This document shows positions 1 to 10,065 of a stretch of 64,000 nt of DNA, in pieces. The notes beneath the pieces were generated by a model. That model was given only the letters and a program-made list of their open reading frames with translations. It was not told the origin of the DNA and did no database searches. Source of the DNA: Patescibacteria group bacterium (GTDB lineage: Bacteria > Patescibacteriota > Minisyncoccia > Phycocordibacterales > UBA2100); NCBI GenBank assembly GCA_038064535.1, contig JBBTSX010000005.1, forward strand, positions 13,051-77,050. The letters are read 5' to 3'. Within the stretch, counting starts at the first letter, position 1; the number at the start of each line of letters is the position of its first letter. A program made the translations under genes and the position numbers.

Positions 1-2
1 AC

Positions 3-1682
3 GCGCTCGGTGTCCGGCTCCTGCGCGAACTCCACGCCGAGGCCAAGCTTCCTCGCGGGTTCGTCATTTGGGACCGCGACGACAGTATCCGCTCCATCAA
101 AGCGGTGCTTGAGAAGCTCGACAGCAAGCAATGGGCGCCGCGTAGCATGCTCTCGGCTATCTCGCGACAGAAAGGCGACGGGGTGGACGTGCACATGTAT
201 GCACAGGGCGCGAAGACATACCGGGAGAAAGCCGTCGCCCGCGTGTGGGAAGAGTACGAACGCGCACTCTCGGCAGACGGCGCGCTCGACTTCGACGATT
301 TACTCCTGCGCACGCTTGCGCTCCTGCGCGGGAGCGAACGGGTACGCTCGCTTCTGCAAAACCGCTGGTCGCACATCACCATTGACGAGTATCAGGATAC
401 CAATAAATCGCAGTACGAAATCGCGCGCATCCTCGCGGGGGAGAAGAAAAACATTTGTGTCGTCGGCGACACCGATCAGAACATTTACAGCTGGAGGGGC
501 GCGGACATCGAGCACCTGCTCGGATTCGAAGCGTCGTTCCCCGGCGCGCGCGTCATCGTACTCGAACAGAACTACCGTTCGACGCGCACCATCCTCGCCG
601 CCGCGAATTCCGTCATAGAAAAAAATCTTCGCCGCCGTCCGAAGCACCTCTTCACCGACAACCCGACGGGCGAGCCAATCGCACTCTATCCGGCACAGAA
701 TGAAATCGACGAGGCGTGGTTTGTCGCGCAAATCACACAGGAGGCGATCGGGCGGGGGGTGAGCGCCGGCGAGATAGCGGTCTTGTACCGTGAAAATTTT
801 CAATCCCGCGCGCTCGAGGAGGCGATGCTGCACTTCGGCATTCCGTATCGCGTGCTCGGCACGAAATTCTTCGAGCGCAAGGAGGTCAAAGACGTGCTCA
901 GCTACCTGCGCGCCGCGATGAATCCGCAAAGCGGCAACGATATCGCGCGCACGGTTGCCGTGCCGCCGCGCGGTATCGGCAAGGTGACCGTCGACAAGAT
1001 GTTGCGCGGCGAAGACGCGGCTCTTCCGGCTGCGGCCCGCGCGAAAGTCGCGGCATTCCGCGACACGCTCGCGCGCATCAAACATGCCATCGACACACTA
1101 CCGACCTCCGAGGCCGTGCGCTATGCAGTGGAAGCGAGCGGCATGGGAAAAATGTACGAGGCAAAACGCTCGGCGAAATCTGATGACGAAGCGCAGGAGC
1201 GTCTCGAAAATATTCACGAGCTTGTGAACCTCGCGACGAAGTACGACCATGAACTGCCGCCATCGGGCATCGAACGACTACTCGAAGAAGCCGCGCTGCA
1301 GAGCGACCAGGACGAACTGCCGGAAGAAAAGAGCGCCGTCTCGCTCATGACCGTACACGCCTCAAAGGGTCTTGAATTTGATGCCGTCTTCGTTACGGGC
1401 CTTGAACAGGGGCTTTTTCCGTCGCTGCGCGACCTGCCCGCGCGCGGCGCGCAGGCGGGGGGCGATTCCGACCGCGACCCCGAAGAAGAGCGGCGGCTCT
1501 TGTATGTGGCGCTTACGCGAGCGCGCAAACAGCTGTTTCTCACTTATGCCTCCGCCCGCATGAAGTACGGCTCGCGCGAGTACACACTGCCGTCGGAATT
1601 TCTCGAAGACATCGACCAACGGCTCCTCACAACAATCAACCTGTTCGCCTCGCAGGAGAAAGAGGAGGAAATACAAATATGA
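3..1682 (+). CDS. uvrD: UvrD/PcrA ATP-dependent DNA helicase (5' end outside window)
   Basis: Frame is open from the window start. SF1 motifs: IDEYQDTN, VVGDTDQNIYSWRGA, LEQNYRST, MTVHASKGLEF, EERRLLYVALTRA. Confidence 0.95.
   Translation, partial: ALGVRLLRELHAEAKLPRGFVIWDRDDSIRSIKAVLEKLDSKQWAPRSMLSAISRQKGDGVDVHMYAQGAKTYREKAVARVWEEYERALSADGALDFDDLLLRTLALLRGSERVRSLLQNRWSHITIDEYQDTNKSQYEIARILAGEKKNICVVGDTDQNIYSWRGADIEHLLGFEASFPGARVIVLEQNYRSTRTILAAANSVIEKNLRRRPKHLFTDNPTGEPIALYPAQNEIDEAWFVAQITQEAIGRGVSAGEIAVLYRENFQSRALEEAMLHFGIPYRVLGTKFFERKEVKDVLSYLRAAMNPQSGNDIARTVAVPPRGIGKVTVDKMLRGEDAALPAAARAKVAAFRDTLARIKHAIDTLPTSEAVRYAVEASGMGKMYEAKRSAKSDDEAQERLENIHELVNLATKYDHELPPSGIERLLEEAALQSDQDELPEEKSAVSLMTVHASKGLEFDAVFVTGLEQGLFPSLRDLPARGAQAGGDSDRDPEEERRLLYVALTRARKQLFLTYASARMKYGSREYTLPSEFLEDIDQRLLTTINLFASQEKEEEIQI
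1433..1459. repeat. Palindromic CCTGCC..GGCGGG element in frame inside uvrD (LPARGAQAG)
   Basis: 27-bp hairpin in the variable loop before EEERR; resembles the CCTGCCTG..CAGGCAGG elements at 42675, 48422 and 56389. Confidence 0.65.
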
Positions 1683-1698
1683 CACGGCGTGGCGCCCG

Positions 1699-1794
1699 CC
1701 CCGTTAGAAGCCTTTTACAATCAAGTTCAACGGAGCGAATCGGAATATCAGAGCATATAATAAAAAACTATGGCGCGTAGAGCTTCTAACGGGG
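1699..1794. mobile_element. CCCCGTTAGAAG..CTTCTAACGGGG inverted-repeat element (MITE-like), copy 1
   Basis: Terminal inverted repeats at 1699-1710 and 1783-1794 enclose the current rsmA start. Flanks CCCG/CAAG are a degenerate duplication at best. Confidence 0.8.
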
Positions 1795-2585
1795 CAAGAC
1801 TCGGACAGCACTTCTTGAAACACGGCTGGGCCGCGCGTTCGCTCGCATACGCCGCCGCCATCCGTGATGGAGAAACATTTCTTGAAATAGGTCCCGGCAA
1901 GGGAATCCTGACCAAAGAACTGCTCACTCTCGGGCCTGTCGTCGCAGTAGAGAAAGACGAAATGCTCGTCGGACAATTGAAAGAAACTTTTGCCGAGGAC
2001 ATTGCGAGCGGGCGGTTGCGACTCGTTGCCGGCGACGTGCGCGATGCGACGCCGGAGAATCTCGGGCTTACCAAGTATGTGGTGGCGGCGAATATTCCGT
2101 ACTACATCACCGGTGAAATTATCCGGCAATTTCTGACGACTACGATACAACCGCGCGCCATGGCACTGCTTGTGCAAAAAGAGGTTGCACAACGTATCAT
2201 CGGTCACCCCTCGACTGCGCTCGGGGTCACGAAAGAGAGTATTCTCTCTCTTTCCGTGAAAGCGTACGGCACACCGCGACTTGTGGAAAAAGTTTCGCGC
2301 ACGCATTTCTCACCGCCGCCCTCGGTTGATTCTGCGATACTCGCCATCACTGACATCTCGAAAAAATTCTTTGACACCATATCGGAAGAAGACTTCTTCC
2401 GTGTGGTGCGCGCGGGATTTGCTTCCAAAAGAAAGATGCTTGCGAACAATCTCTCGGTGATATTCGATAAAGCTCGCGTGAACGAGTCACTACTCGCGTG
2501 CGACATCTCTGCGAAAGCACGGGCGGAGAATGTGCCGCTTGAGAAGTGGAAATCTATAACTCAACTACTGCTCGGTCACAGATAA
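1770..2585 (+). CDS. rsmA: 16S rRNA dimethyladenosine transferase RsmA/KsgA
   Basis: LGQHFL, EIGPGKG, ANIPYYIT, FSPPPSVDSA, KRKML. Confidence 0.96.
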   Translation: MARRASNGARLGQHFLKHGWAARSLAYAAAIRDGETFLEIGPGKGILTKELLTLGPVVAVEKDEMLVGQLKETFAEDIASGRLRLVAGDVRDATPENLGLTKYVVAANIPYYITGEIIRQFLTTTIQPRAMALLVQKEVAQRIIGHPSTALGVTKESILSLSVKAYGTPRLVEKVSRTHFSPPPSVDSAILAITDISKKFFDTISEEDFFRVVRAGFASKRKMLANNLSVIFDKARVNESLLACDISAKARAENVPLEKWKSITQLLLGHR

Positions 2586-2701
2586 TTTCCTCGCCGTCGC
2601 GGGAAAAACATATGGCTCGGCTACAACTCTCGCCGCGCCGTCGCGCGGCTCGGTCGCAGCCCCACCTCGCGGCGCCGCAAGCTTGCGGCGCATCGCTCCG
2701 G
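2572..2701 (-). repeat. Structured repeat (CGGAGCGATG-hairpin-CCGCGAG-..GCGACGGC..-GTGACC family)
   Basis: Reverse complement shares motifs and stems with the copies at 47720, 54144, 55290 and 55387. Confidence 0.75.
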
Positions 2702-2742
2702 TCGACAAGCCAAGTACAAAAAGCTGCGCAGGCAGCTTTTTG

Positions 2743-3084
2743 TTACTGGCTTGTCCCAAGCATCGTAATCATGATGCCGGCACGGACGTCGATGGGAAGA
2801 ATTGAGATAATGCAGTAGTAGGGCGCCCCCGCGAGGCCGAGAAGCCACTGACCCGCGTGCGTCGGCGGACCGTTTTTGTACGTCTTTGTCGACGGCGTCC
2901 ATATGTACACGCCGCCGCGCGGCGGGCCGACGTAGGCGATGATGGCGTTGTTGTAGCAGGGGGAAACTTGCGAGGCTTGGCCGCCGAACGGGAAGGCAAG
3001 CGCGAGTGCGGGGAAGAGAAGGGTCACTATCGCGACTGCTGTAGCCGGTGCACGCATGCATGTAGTATACGGTATTTCAGACAC
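2743..3084 (-). CDS. Small secreted hypothetical protein
   Basis: Signal-peptide-like hydrophobic N-region ending ALA; two Cys in the mature part; start uncertain. Confidence 0.65.
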   Translation of the reverse strand: MSEIPYTTCMRAPATAVAIVTLLFPALALAFPFGGQASQVSPCYNNAIIAYVGPPRGGVYIWTPSTKTYKNGPPTHAGQWLLGLAGAPYYCIISILPIDVRAGIMITMLGTSQ

Positions 3085-3124
3085 GGCGCGTGGTCTTGCG
3101 AGGTATACTTATTCTATATATGGA

Positions 3125-3242
3125 CCCCGTTAGAAACCGCGGTCGCTCGGCGGCAATCCCGTTCCAGTCGAACAAACCTATACAAGTATGAGTGACTTTA
3201 ACGACCCGCAAGACTTTCGACCGCGACCTGTTTCTAACGGGG
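3125..3242. mobile_element. CCCCGTTAGAA element, copy 2
   Basis: CCCCGTTAGAAAC/GTTTCTAACGGGG arms; flanks TGGA/TGGG; contains the start codon at 3188. Confidence 0.8.
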
Positions 3243-4126
3243 TGGGATGGGCACGCCTACACCCGTACCTATCCGCCCTGATTGCGGCGGGTGCGTTCCT
3301 TGTGTTCGGCATACTCGTGGTGGGGTACCGTGCATCACAACCGCAAGGTGGCAATCTGCAAGTGTGGGGAGGCGGACCGGACGCTTTCCTCAATCCGACA
3401 TCGTATGCACCCGGAGCTACGGTGGGCACACAAATAGAGACCATCGGCGGCGGGAACACGCCGGTATTCAGTGCCCTGCGTCCGCAACAGCAAACCGGCG
3501 AACAAAATGAGACAAGTGGAGGGTTTGATATTTCTCTGTTCATCGCGGGACTTTCTCAACCAAACGCGGACACCGCGGCGGCACCTGTTTCGGGCCGGCC
3601 GGATCTGAGTCTCGCGTATTCTTTCATTCCGAGCGGGCTGGTCGCGACGACGACACCCGGACCGAAGCGAAGCGCACTGCAGGAATCGCTCTATCAATAC
3701 GGCAACGATGTAGGCTCGTACATATCCACATACGAGGCCGCCGGCGCGAATACCGGACAGGTGCTCACGGACCAATTGAACGACCGGCAAAACCCGCAAA
3801 AAGCGCAGGCGGTGCGCGATATCGGCACGGCATTGCAGGCGGCCGGTAAAACCTTACAAGGAATCGAAGCCGTCCCTTCTATTGTGTCTTCGGCGCATAC
3901 CGCTCTCGCGGAGAGTTACATAGAAGCCGGTATCAAGCTCTCGCGCGTGCCCGACGCGCAGAGCGACCAAGACTTCATCACCGCTATACAGGACTACAAC
4001 ACCGCCGCCGAACGGCTCGGGCGCAACTACGTCGCGCTCGCGAACGTTTTCTCGGGTGCAGGTGTGAGATTTGCACCGCAGGACCCGGGGTCGGTGTTCA
4101 ATTTCTCCGGCAATGCCGGACTGTAG
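3188..4126 (+). CDS. Membrane-anchored hypothetical protein (secretion-cluster associated)
   Basis: 312-aa ORF with one N-terminal TM segment and a helical C-terminal domain. Confidence 0.8.
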   Translation: MSDFNDPQDFRPRPVSNGVGWARLHPYLSALIAAGAFLVFGILVVGYRASQPQGGNLQVWGGGPDAFLNPTSYAPGATVGTQIETIGGGNTPVFSALRPQQQTGEQNETSGGFDISLFIAGLSQPNADTAAAPVSGRPDLSLAYSFIPSGLVATTTPGPKRSALQESLYQYGNDVGSYISTYEAAGANTGQVLTDQLNDRQNPQKAQAVRDIGTALQAAGKTLQGIEAVPSIVSSAHTALAESYIEAGIKLSRVPDAQSDQDFITAIQDYNTAAERLGRNYVALANVFSGAGVRFAPQDPGSVFNFSGNAGL

Positions 4127-4264
4127 TCGAGAATCCGCGCAACAGGGGAGCGGGGCTCGCCCTGTGAGATAGATACTCGGGGCGCGCAAGCAAAACGATT
4201 CACTCTCCCATTCCGACTGGGCAAACACACGGAAACGCGTTATCTCACGGGGTATACTTGTACT

Positions 4265-5086
4265 GTGCGCGTACTGCAACAAATATTCCGGTCCCCGCTG
4301 GGTGTAACTGCCGCACTTTCCGTGGTGCTCTTGCTCGGCGTCTCGGTCTCCCAGATTTCCTCACTCATGCATCAGAACCGACAGGTGCTCGCATTTGTCG
4401 CCATACCGGCGGCACAGACAGCCGCGGCCGATGGTGCCGACTGGCAACAGGAAATGACATTACTCGGACTGAATACGGAAAACAATCCAGCAGCGACTTC
4501 GACGACCGACAGTATCGCAATGATCGGCCATATTGTAATCGCCGAGATGGTGGGGCAATACGCCGGCCTGCAGGATAGGGGAACGTACACCACGGAGACC
4601 GGACAAAACGCGTCCGCTGACATCGCCGCGAATCTCCGCGCGAACATTTTGTACAAAACATACTCGACGACCGACTTCAAAACAGACACGGACGTTTCCT
4701 ACGACCGCATGCTTACGTACCGGAGTGATTTGCGCGCGGCGCTCGCGCCGCTGTTACAAAACACCGGCGCGGAATTGGAACTGTACGGCAAATATATCGA
4801 AACCGCGGACACGAAGTATCTCGGCCAACTCTCCTCTGCGGCGGCAAATTACCGCGCGGCCGCGGAAGGCGCGGCCGCGCTCACCATCCCGCGCGACGCG
4901 GTAAATTATCACAAAGATATTCTGAACGCGATGGAGAAATTCTCCGCGACGCTTGACCAGATGGCGACGCATGCCGCGGACCCGCTCGCCTCCGCCGCGC
5001 TCTTGCGTACGTTCAACCAAGCCGAAACGGACATGTACACTTCGTTCAACGCGCTTTCCAATTATTACGGCCAGAAGACACCATGA
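4265..5086 (+). CDS. Membrane-anchored hypothetical protein
   Basis: 273-aa ORF with an N-terminal TM segment; TATACT just upstream; ATGA overlap with the next gene. Confidence 0.8.
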   Translation: MRVLQQIFRSPLGVTAALSVVLLLGVSVSQISSLMHQNRQVLAFVAIPAAQTAAADGADWQQEMTLLGLNTENNPAATSTTDSIAMIGHIVIAEMVGQYAGLQDRGTYTTETGQNASADIAANLRANILYKTYSTTDFKTDTDVSYDRMLTYRSDLRAALAPLLQNTGAELELYGKYIETADTKYLGQLSSAAANYRAAAEGAAALTIPRDAVNYHKDILNAMEKFSATLDQMATHAADPLASAALLRTFNQAETDMYTSFNALSNYYGQKTP

Positions 5087-6849
5087 GCCCCGTTAGAAGT
5101 CAGAACCAGATACGCAATACCCCCGTACGACCCACGGGAGATACTGTAATGCAACATGGAGAGCAGCGGACAAAAAATAATTTACGGAATTATTTTTTGC
5201 CAATGACTTCTAACGGGGTGAGAATTCAAAGCGGCATACTCATAGCACTGTTTGTCCTTGCGCCCACGCTTGTTTTCGCGCAGTCCGACGGATCTTCGCC
5301 GTCGTTCTCGAGAGAGGGGGTGTTCGGCTGCAGCCAGACCGGTTCATATTCCATGTCGGTCGGCGCGCTCTCGGCGGTGGGCGGAGCTTTCGTGCCGGTC
5401 AACGACGCGGCGGTCACCTTGAATACCGGTTATCTCGTCTACAAGGAGTGCGTCCTGCGCGGCATTGTGGACAGAATGCGCGAAAATGCGACCGCAAATC
5501 TCCAACGACAAATCCTCGTCGCCTACCAACGCGGACGCAACGGCCAGCCGCTCTTTTCGCAGAGTATTCCGCTCGAATCCAGGGCCGTCGCTGACAAAGC
5601 GGTTCTCGACTACACGCAGAGCGGCCAATTCAACACTCTCAACCCGGCGCTCAGGCAAGCCGTTTCGCGTGCGGTGGTGCAAAACTACATGGCCGCGCGC
5701 AACAAGCCCAGCGCGGCGTACGGTTGCTCATACTCCGGCAATCTCAATTCCGTCTACAAAGGCAACCCCGATGGCGGAGCGTGGGCCGGACTCTCCGCAC
5801 TGCAAAATCCGGCGTGCGACCCGATATTTGCCTACGGCATCGCCAACGAGCAGGTCCTCGGCTCCGCCGCCTACGCGGTCAACAACATGCTCACGCGACT
5901 CGAGTGGGACAACGGCAACTATCCCATCATGGGCGTCGACGCGGACGGTAACCCCATCGTGCTCACTCCCGGCTACATCGTGGGGGAAAACGCTCTGCAG
6001 GCACTGCAGACCGGTTTCGACCAGCTCTCGCGGGCGAACGACATCGACCAAATGGTGGGCGCGCTGTTTGCCGGCATTACCTCACAGGTCATCGGCGACA
6101 ACAAAGGTCTCGTCGGTCTCACCAAGTCGACCGGCGGCATACCGAGCTACCTTGATCAGGTGGTGTCGCAGTCCGCGCAGGGACTCCGCAACAGCGCCAT
6201 CAACGCCGGCATCGGAATACTCGTGGCACAACAAAAAATCGAAAGCCAGATACTCGGCTTTGCAAAAATGATTCTCGACAAAATCAAAGCCATTTCGCAA
6301 GCGCTCCAAGTCAAAGAGAACGCCTGCTGGAAACTCGTCGTAAGTAGCGTCTGCTCGTCCTCGCTCGCCTCCGACAACACGTGTACGGATGACGGTGGTA
6401 GTAGGTACAAAGTGGCGACATCGACCTTCCAATTCACGCAAAAAGCGCTGGACGCGTCGCAAGTCGCCGCCTACCAGCGGGTGCACCAGCAGGTCGCGAG
6501 CTCGTCGCAAATCATTCTCACACAAATAAGCGTCCTCATCGCACAGCTCACTGACACATCGTCGTATACCGCCCAGCTCGCCGCGCTTCAGGCGCTCGAC
6601 AGGCTCGCCAACGATGGTATTGTATTCCACACGCCGCAGGACGTGACGAACGAGCAGAGCGCGGCCGGTACGCTCGTCGGTCAAAACGGCGGCTCGGGCA
6701 CGCTCGACCAGCTTGTCACCGACACCGTGGCGGCGTGGGCGGATTCGACCAACACCAAGACCGGATGGTGCAACGTCACCAGACAGCCAGTCGTGGATGC
6801 TTGGAAAGACTGTTGGAGAGAGGGGAGCACCTCATGCCTATGGCCGTAA
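5083..6849 (+). CDS. Large secreted Cys-containing protein of the T4SS-like cluster
   Basis: 588 aa. The signal peptide (RIQSGILIALFVLAPTLVFA) is preceded by a 45-codon element insertion. Confidence 0.8.
   Translation: MSPVRSQNQIRNTPVRPTGDTVMQHGEQRTKNNLRNYFLPMTSNGVRIQSGILIALFVLAPTLVFAQSDGSSPSFSREGVFGCSQTGSYSMSVGALSAVGGAFVPVNDAAVTLNTGYLVYKECVLRGIVDRMRENATANLQRQILVAYQRGRNGQPLFSQSIPLESRAVADKAVLDYTQSGQFNTLNPALRQAVSRAVVQNYMAARNKPSAAYGCSYSGNLNSVYKGNPDGGAWAGLSALQNPACDPIFAYGIANEQVLGSAAYAVNNMLTRLEWDNGNYPIMGVDADGNPIVLTPGYIVGENALQALQTGFDQLSRANDIDQMVGALFAGITSQVIGDNKGLVGLTKSTGGIPSYLDQVVSQSAQGLRNSAINAGIGILVAQQKIESQILGFAKMILDKIKAISQALQVKENACWKLVVSSVCSSSLASDNTCTDDGGSRYKVATSTFQFTQKALDASQVAAYQRVHQQVASSSQIILTQISVLIAQLTDTSSYTAQLAALQALDRLANDGIVFHTPQDVTNEQSAAGTLVGQNGGSGTLDQLVTDTVAAWADSTNTKTGWCNVTRQPVVDAWKDCWREGSTSCLWP
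5088..5218. mobile_element. CCCCGTTAGAA element, copy 3
   Basis: 15-bp arms CCCCGTTAGAAGTCA/TGACTTCTAACGGGG; perfect TGAG duplication at 5084-5087 and 5219-5222. Confidence 0.88.
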
Positions 6850-6851
6850 GT

Positions 6852-9392
6852 ATGACTTCAGCTCATCAAAAGACGGGGGTTATTGTGGCCAGCTGCATCA
6901 TCACACTGCTGACTATCATCCTCTGGTTGCCCGGAACAGCAAGCGCCGCAGCTAGTGCATGTCCACTCAACGGCAGATTGAACACGGACACCGGTGCATG
7001 CACCGCGCCCAGCGGGATTGTATATGTGTACGCGGGAGACAGTGCGCCAACGGGCTTTGGCTGTGCTCAAGGATTTTCTCTCTGGCAAATACAAAGCGGG
7101 GGTACGGTTGGTGGCGGGAGCATGTTAGACCCCGCAACCGGAAATAGTTATCAATGCTTTAACACCGATGACGGTTCTGCTTCAACGGAACCGCCGACAG
7201 GGAAAGGAAAAGTTGTAACACCCGGTACAACTTCATGTGAAGGAGCGACGAACCAAATAATTAACCTGCCCGTGTGTATATTCCGCGCCGCGATGGCGGG
7301 CCTCGGGTCTGTCCTGATCACGCTCTCGGCATGGCTTCTCCAGGTGGCAGGCATTGTGTTCAATTGGCTTTTGTATTACACGGTCGTCGCGTTTGGTGCC
7401 GAGAATGGATTTTTAACTCCCAAGGTCCTTGACGCCATCAACGCCACATGGACAGTCTTTCGTGATATCGCCAACATCCTCATCATCGGTTTGTTCACCT
7501 TTATCGCTATTTCCACCATTCTAGGTAATCACGAATTCGGGGCAAAAAAAATGCTTGCCAAAGCGCTCATCATTGCGGTTCTCATCAACTTTAGTCTGTT
7601 ATTCACAAAGATGATTATCGACGGCTCCAACTTCTTCGCCTATCAGTTCTACAACGCAGCTGGGGGCCTAAAGGGAAATAGCGCCTCCCCCGTCGGGGAG
7701 CTCAGCAGTACACAATCTGTTGTTACCGACAAGGCCATCGAATTCAAACAAGACGGTATCGCCGGTAAATTTATTAATTACCTCGGCGTTACGAGTATAG
7801 GTAACACGTTCAACACGCTCAAGACAGGGGCGGATAATGTGAACAACGGATGGGTAGCCATCCTTCACGGTGTCTTTTCGGCAACATTGTTACTCGGTGT
7901 CGCACTTGTCTTGCTCTATGGCAGTTTCTTGCTGGTGAGTCGGGCAATACTTATTGTTTTCTTGCTTATTACATCATCGCTTGCGTTCGCGTCTTATCTC
8001 CTGCCCGTTTCAATGCAGGGATCATATGGGTGGGGCACGTGGTGGAATAGCCTTCTCAAGTCCGCACTCTTCGCTCCGCTTCTCATGATGTTCCTTTGGG
8101 TAACCATGAGCCTCGCGGACAAGCTACGCCCAGCCGAAGGGTCTCTTGGCGCGCTAATCAACGACCCGACGAATGCGGGGAATATGAGTGCGCTTTTCGG
8201 ATACATCATCATTCTCGGACTCCTTTTTGCCTCATTCAAACTATCGAGTAGTTTCGCTACCTCTATCACGGGCTTCAACTTTGCCGCGATGATCCCCGCA
8301 CTCGGTCTCGGGGCAATCGCCGGTATCGGCGGATTCCTCGGACGACAGACGGTCGGCCGCGCCGGGCTTGGCATTAGCCAGGGCCTGCAAAACCGCTCAA
8401 AAACTACCGACAATGCTTTTGCAAAACGCATGTATGACTTTGGCGCACAGCGATTTAAGGGCGTTGCGGGTCGTGATTTCAATTTGATGCGCACCGGTTT
8501 CGGCGCGGCCGTTGCCGGCACCGCGGGCAAGAAAGTTGATGACTTGGTAGGAAAGGAGCTGAAGGGCTTCGAAGGAACACAAAAAGCGTTCTTGAAGCGC
8601 ACCGGTGAAGCGGCACAGCGCATGGCATTGAGCGCCGACGAGAAAAAGGAAATAAAGGAAAAGGGTATCGACCAGGCGCTCAAAGAAAACGCCGGTCTCG
8701 CACAGCATTATGCTGAATCAGAAAAAGCACAAAAAGAAAACGAGGAGTTGGTCAAGGTCTTGGGTCGCGACAAGGACGCGACGGCGCAAAGCTTCGGCGA
8801 AGCTATAAAAGACCTGGAGACAAAGCTGATCACTCACGAGCGAACGAGAGACGCCCTCACTGCGGGCACAAGCGACCACGGCGAGGCGACAAGGCGGGTC
8901 GCTGAGACGGAGCGGGAGCTCGCCGAAACTCGCCGACGTGCGAACGAACAGATGCGTGAGCAAGGACAGCGAATTAAAGAGGCGAGCGCCGCGACGCAAC
9001 GCGCAGGACGAATGTTCAAAGATGCCGCTGCCGACGCCGAGACTGCCGCGCGAGCAACAGGCAAAATTCCGGCCGCAGCATATAAGGATGTGGGAGATAT
9101 CGCAAAAGAAAATATCCAATCGAGTCTTACGGCAATGCTGCTTCATTCTACCGGCCTGACGTCGGCGAGCCGTGCCAAGCTTGCCACGAAAGGCGGGAAA
9201 GAGGCCGGGAAGATGGCCGAACAGCACCGCTTCAAGGAGAAATATGGAGATGCCTTTAAAGAAATGACGAAAGACGACCATGCGGCTGAACACAAAGAAG
9301 AGAAGCCGAGCGGAGCGCCAGCAGCACACACACCTGCACCCGAAGAGCACACCGCACCGCCGAGCCCGGGAGGCGGACACGGGCGCGTCTAA
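6852..9392 (+). CDS. VirB6/TrbL-like polytopic membrane protein with C-terminal coiled coil
   Basis: WTVFRDIANILII..KALIIAVLINFSLLFTKMIIDGSN pattern, many TM segments, upstream of prgI/virB4-like genes; start uncertain. Confidence 0.75.
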   Translation: MTSAHQKTGVIVASCIITLLTIILWLPGTASAAASACPLNGRLNTDTGACTAPSGIVYVYAGDSAPTGFGCAQGFSLWQIQSGGTVGGGSMLDPATGNSYQCFNTDDGSASTEPPTGKGKVVTPGTTSCEGATNQIINLPVCIFRAAMAGLGSVLITLSAWLLQVAGIVFNWLLYYTVVAFGAENGFLTPKVLDAINATWTVFRDIANILIIGLFTFIAISTILGNHEFGAKKMLAKALIIAVLINFSLLFTKMIIDGSNFFAYQFYNAAGGLKGNSASPVGELSSTQSVVTDKAIEFKQDGIAGKFINYLGVTSIGNTFNTLKTGADNVNNGWVAILHGVFSATLLLGVALVLLYGSFLLVSRAILIVFLLITSSLAFASYLLPVSMQGSYGWGTWWNSLLKSALFAPLLMMFLWVTMSLADKLRPAEGSLGALINDPTNAGNMSALFGYIIILGLLFASFKLSSSFATSITGFNFAAMIPALGLGAIAGIGGFLGRQTVGRAGLGISQGLQNRSKTTDNAFAKRMYDFGAQRFKGVAGRDFNLMRTGFGAAVAGTAGKKVDDLVGKELKGFEGTQKAFLKRTGEAAQRMALSADEKKEIKEKGIDQALKENAGLAQHYAESEKAQKENEELVKVLGRDKDATAQSFGEAIKDLETKLITHERTRDALTAGTSDHGEATRRVAETERELAETRRRANEQMREQGQRIKEASAATQRAGRMFKDAAADAETAARATGKIPAAAYKDVGDIAKENIQSSLTAMLLHSTGLTSASRAKLATKGGKEAGKMAEQHRFKEKYGDAFKEMTKDDHAAEHKEEKPSGAPAAHTPAPEEHTAPPSPGGGHGRV

Positions 9393-9397
9393 CACAT

Positions 9398-10024
9398 ATG
9401 AACGACGACAAGGAATACGACGATTTGATAAAAGAGCAGTTCAAAAAACTGCCGCGCGTCGTGCAGGAAGCAATCGTGTCGGCCGACGTCGAGAAGCACC
9501 TGCGTGAGCTTGCGGAGACACATAAACTGCATCTCGACCAATGGACCGCTCTCGAAAACGAAGTGCAGATGACGCTTCTCGGCATCGACGATTCCGGCGA
9601 GCTCATGCAAAACATCAGAGACAAGGTGCACGTACCCGAAGAAACTGCAAAAGCACTCGTACAAAGTATCTCGGAGGTCGTATTCGAGCCAATCAGACAG
9701 GAGCTTGAGCGACAGCTGGAACATCCCGGTGCTGTCGCGAAGGCGACGAGCGGGGTGGAGGACATGCGCACACGCATCCTTGCCGACGCATCGGAAAATC
9801 AGCCGGTAGTCGTAAGCCTGCAGCCGGTAGAAAAAAAGAGTCCGGTTCCTGCTACTGGCTACGAGCTACAAGCCACGGGCTCCGTGGTAGCCGCCACACC
9901 ACCCGCACCCGCACCAACCGTGAAGGTGGAACGCGCTCCCGCCGCACCCCCCTCGTATGTTTCAGCGCCCAGTCACGAGCGAAAAACAGTAGAAGGGGAC
10001 CCGTATAGAGAACAAATCGAATAA
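9398..10024 (+). CDS. Conserved hypothetical protein (ends DPYREQIE)
   Basis: 208-aa ORF in operon context, with a Pro/Ala-rich linker. Confidence 0.8.
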   Translation: MNDDKEYDDLIKEQFKKLPRVVQEAIVSADVEKHLRELAETHKLHLDQWTALENEVQMTLLGIDDSGELMQNIRDKVHVPEETAKALVQSISEVVFEPIRQELERQLEHPGAVAKATSGVEDMRTRILADASENQPVVVSLQPVEKKSPVPATGYELQATGSVVAATPPAPAPTVKVERAPAAPPSYVSAPSHERKTVEGDPYREQIE

Positions 10025-10065
10025 CAGCAGGGCCGCGTGCATGCGCTTGGTATACTTATAGAGCC

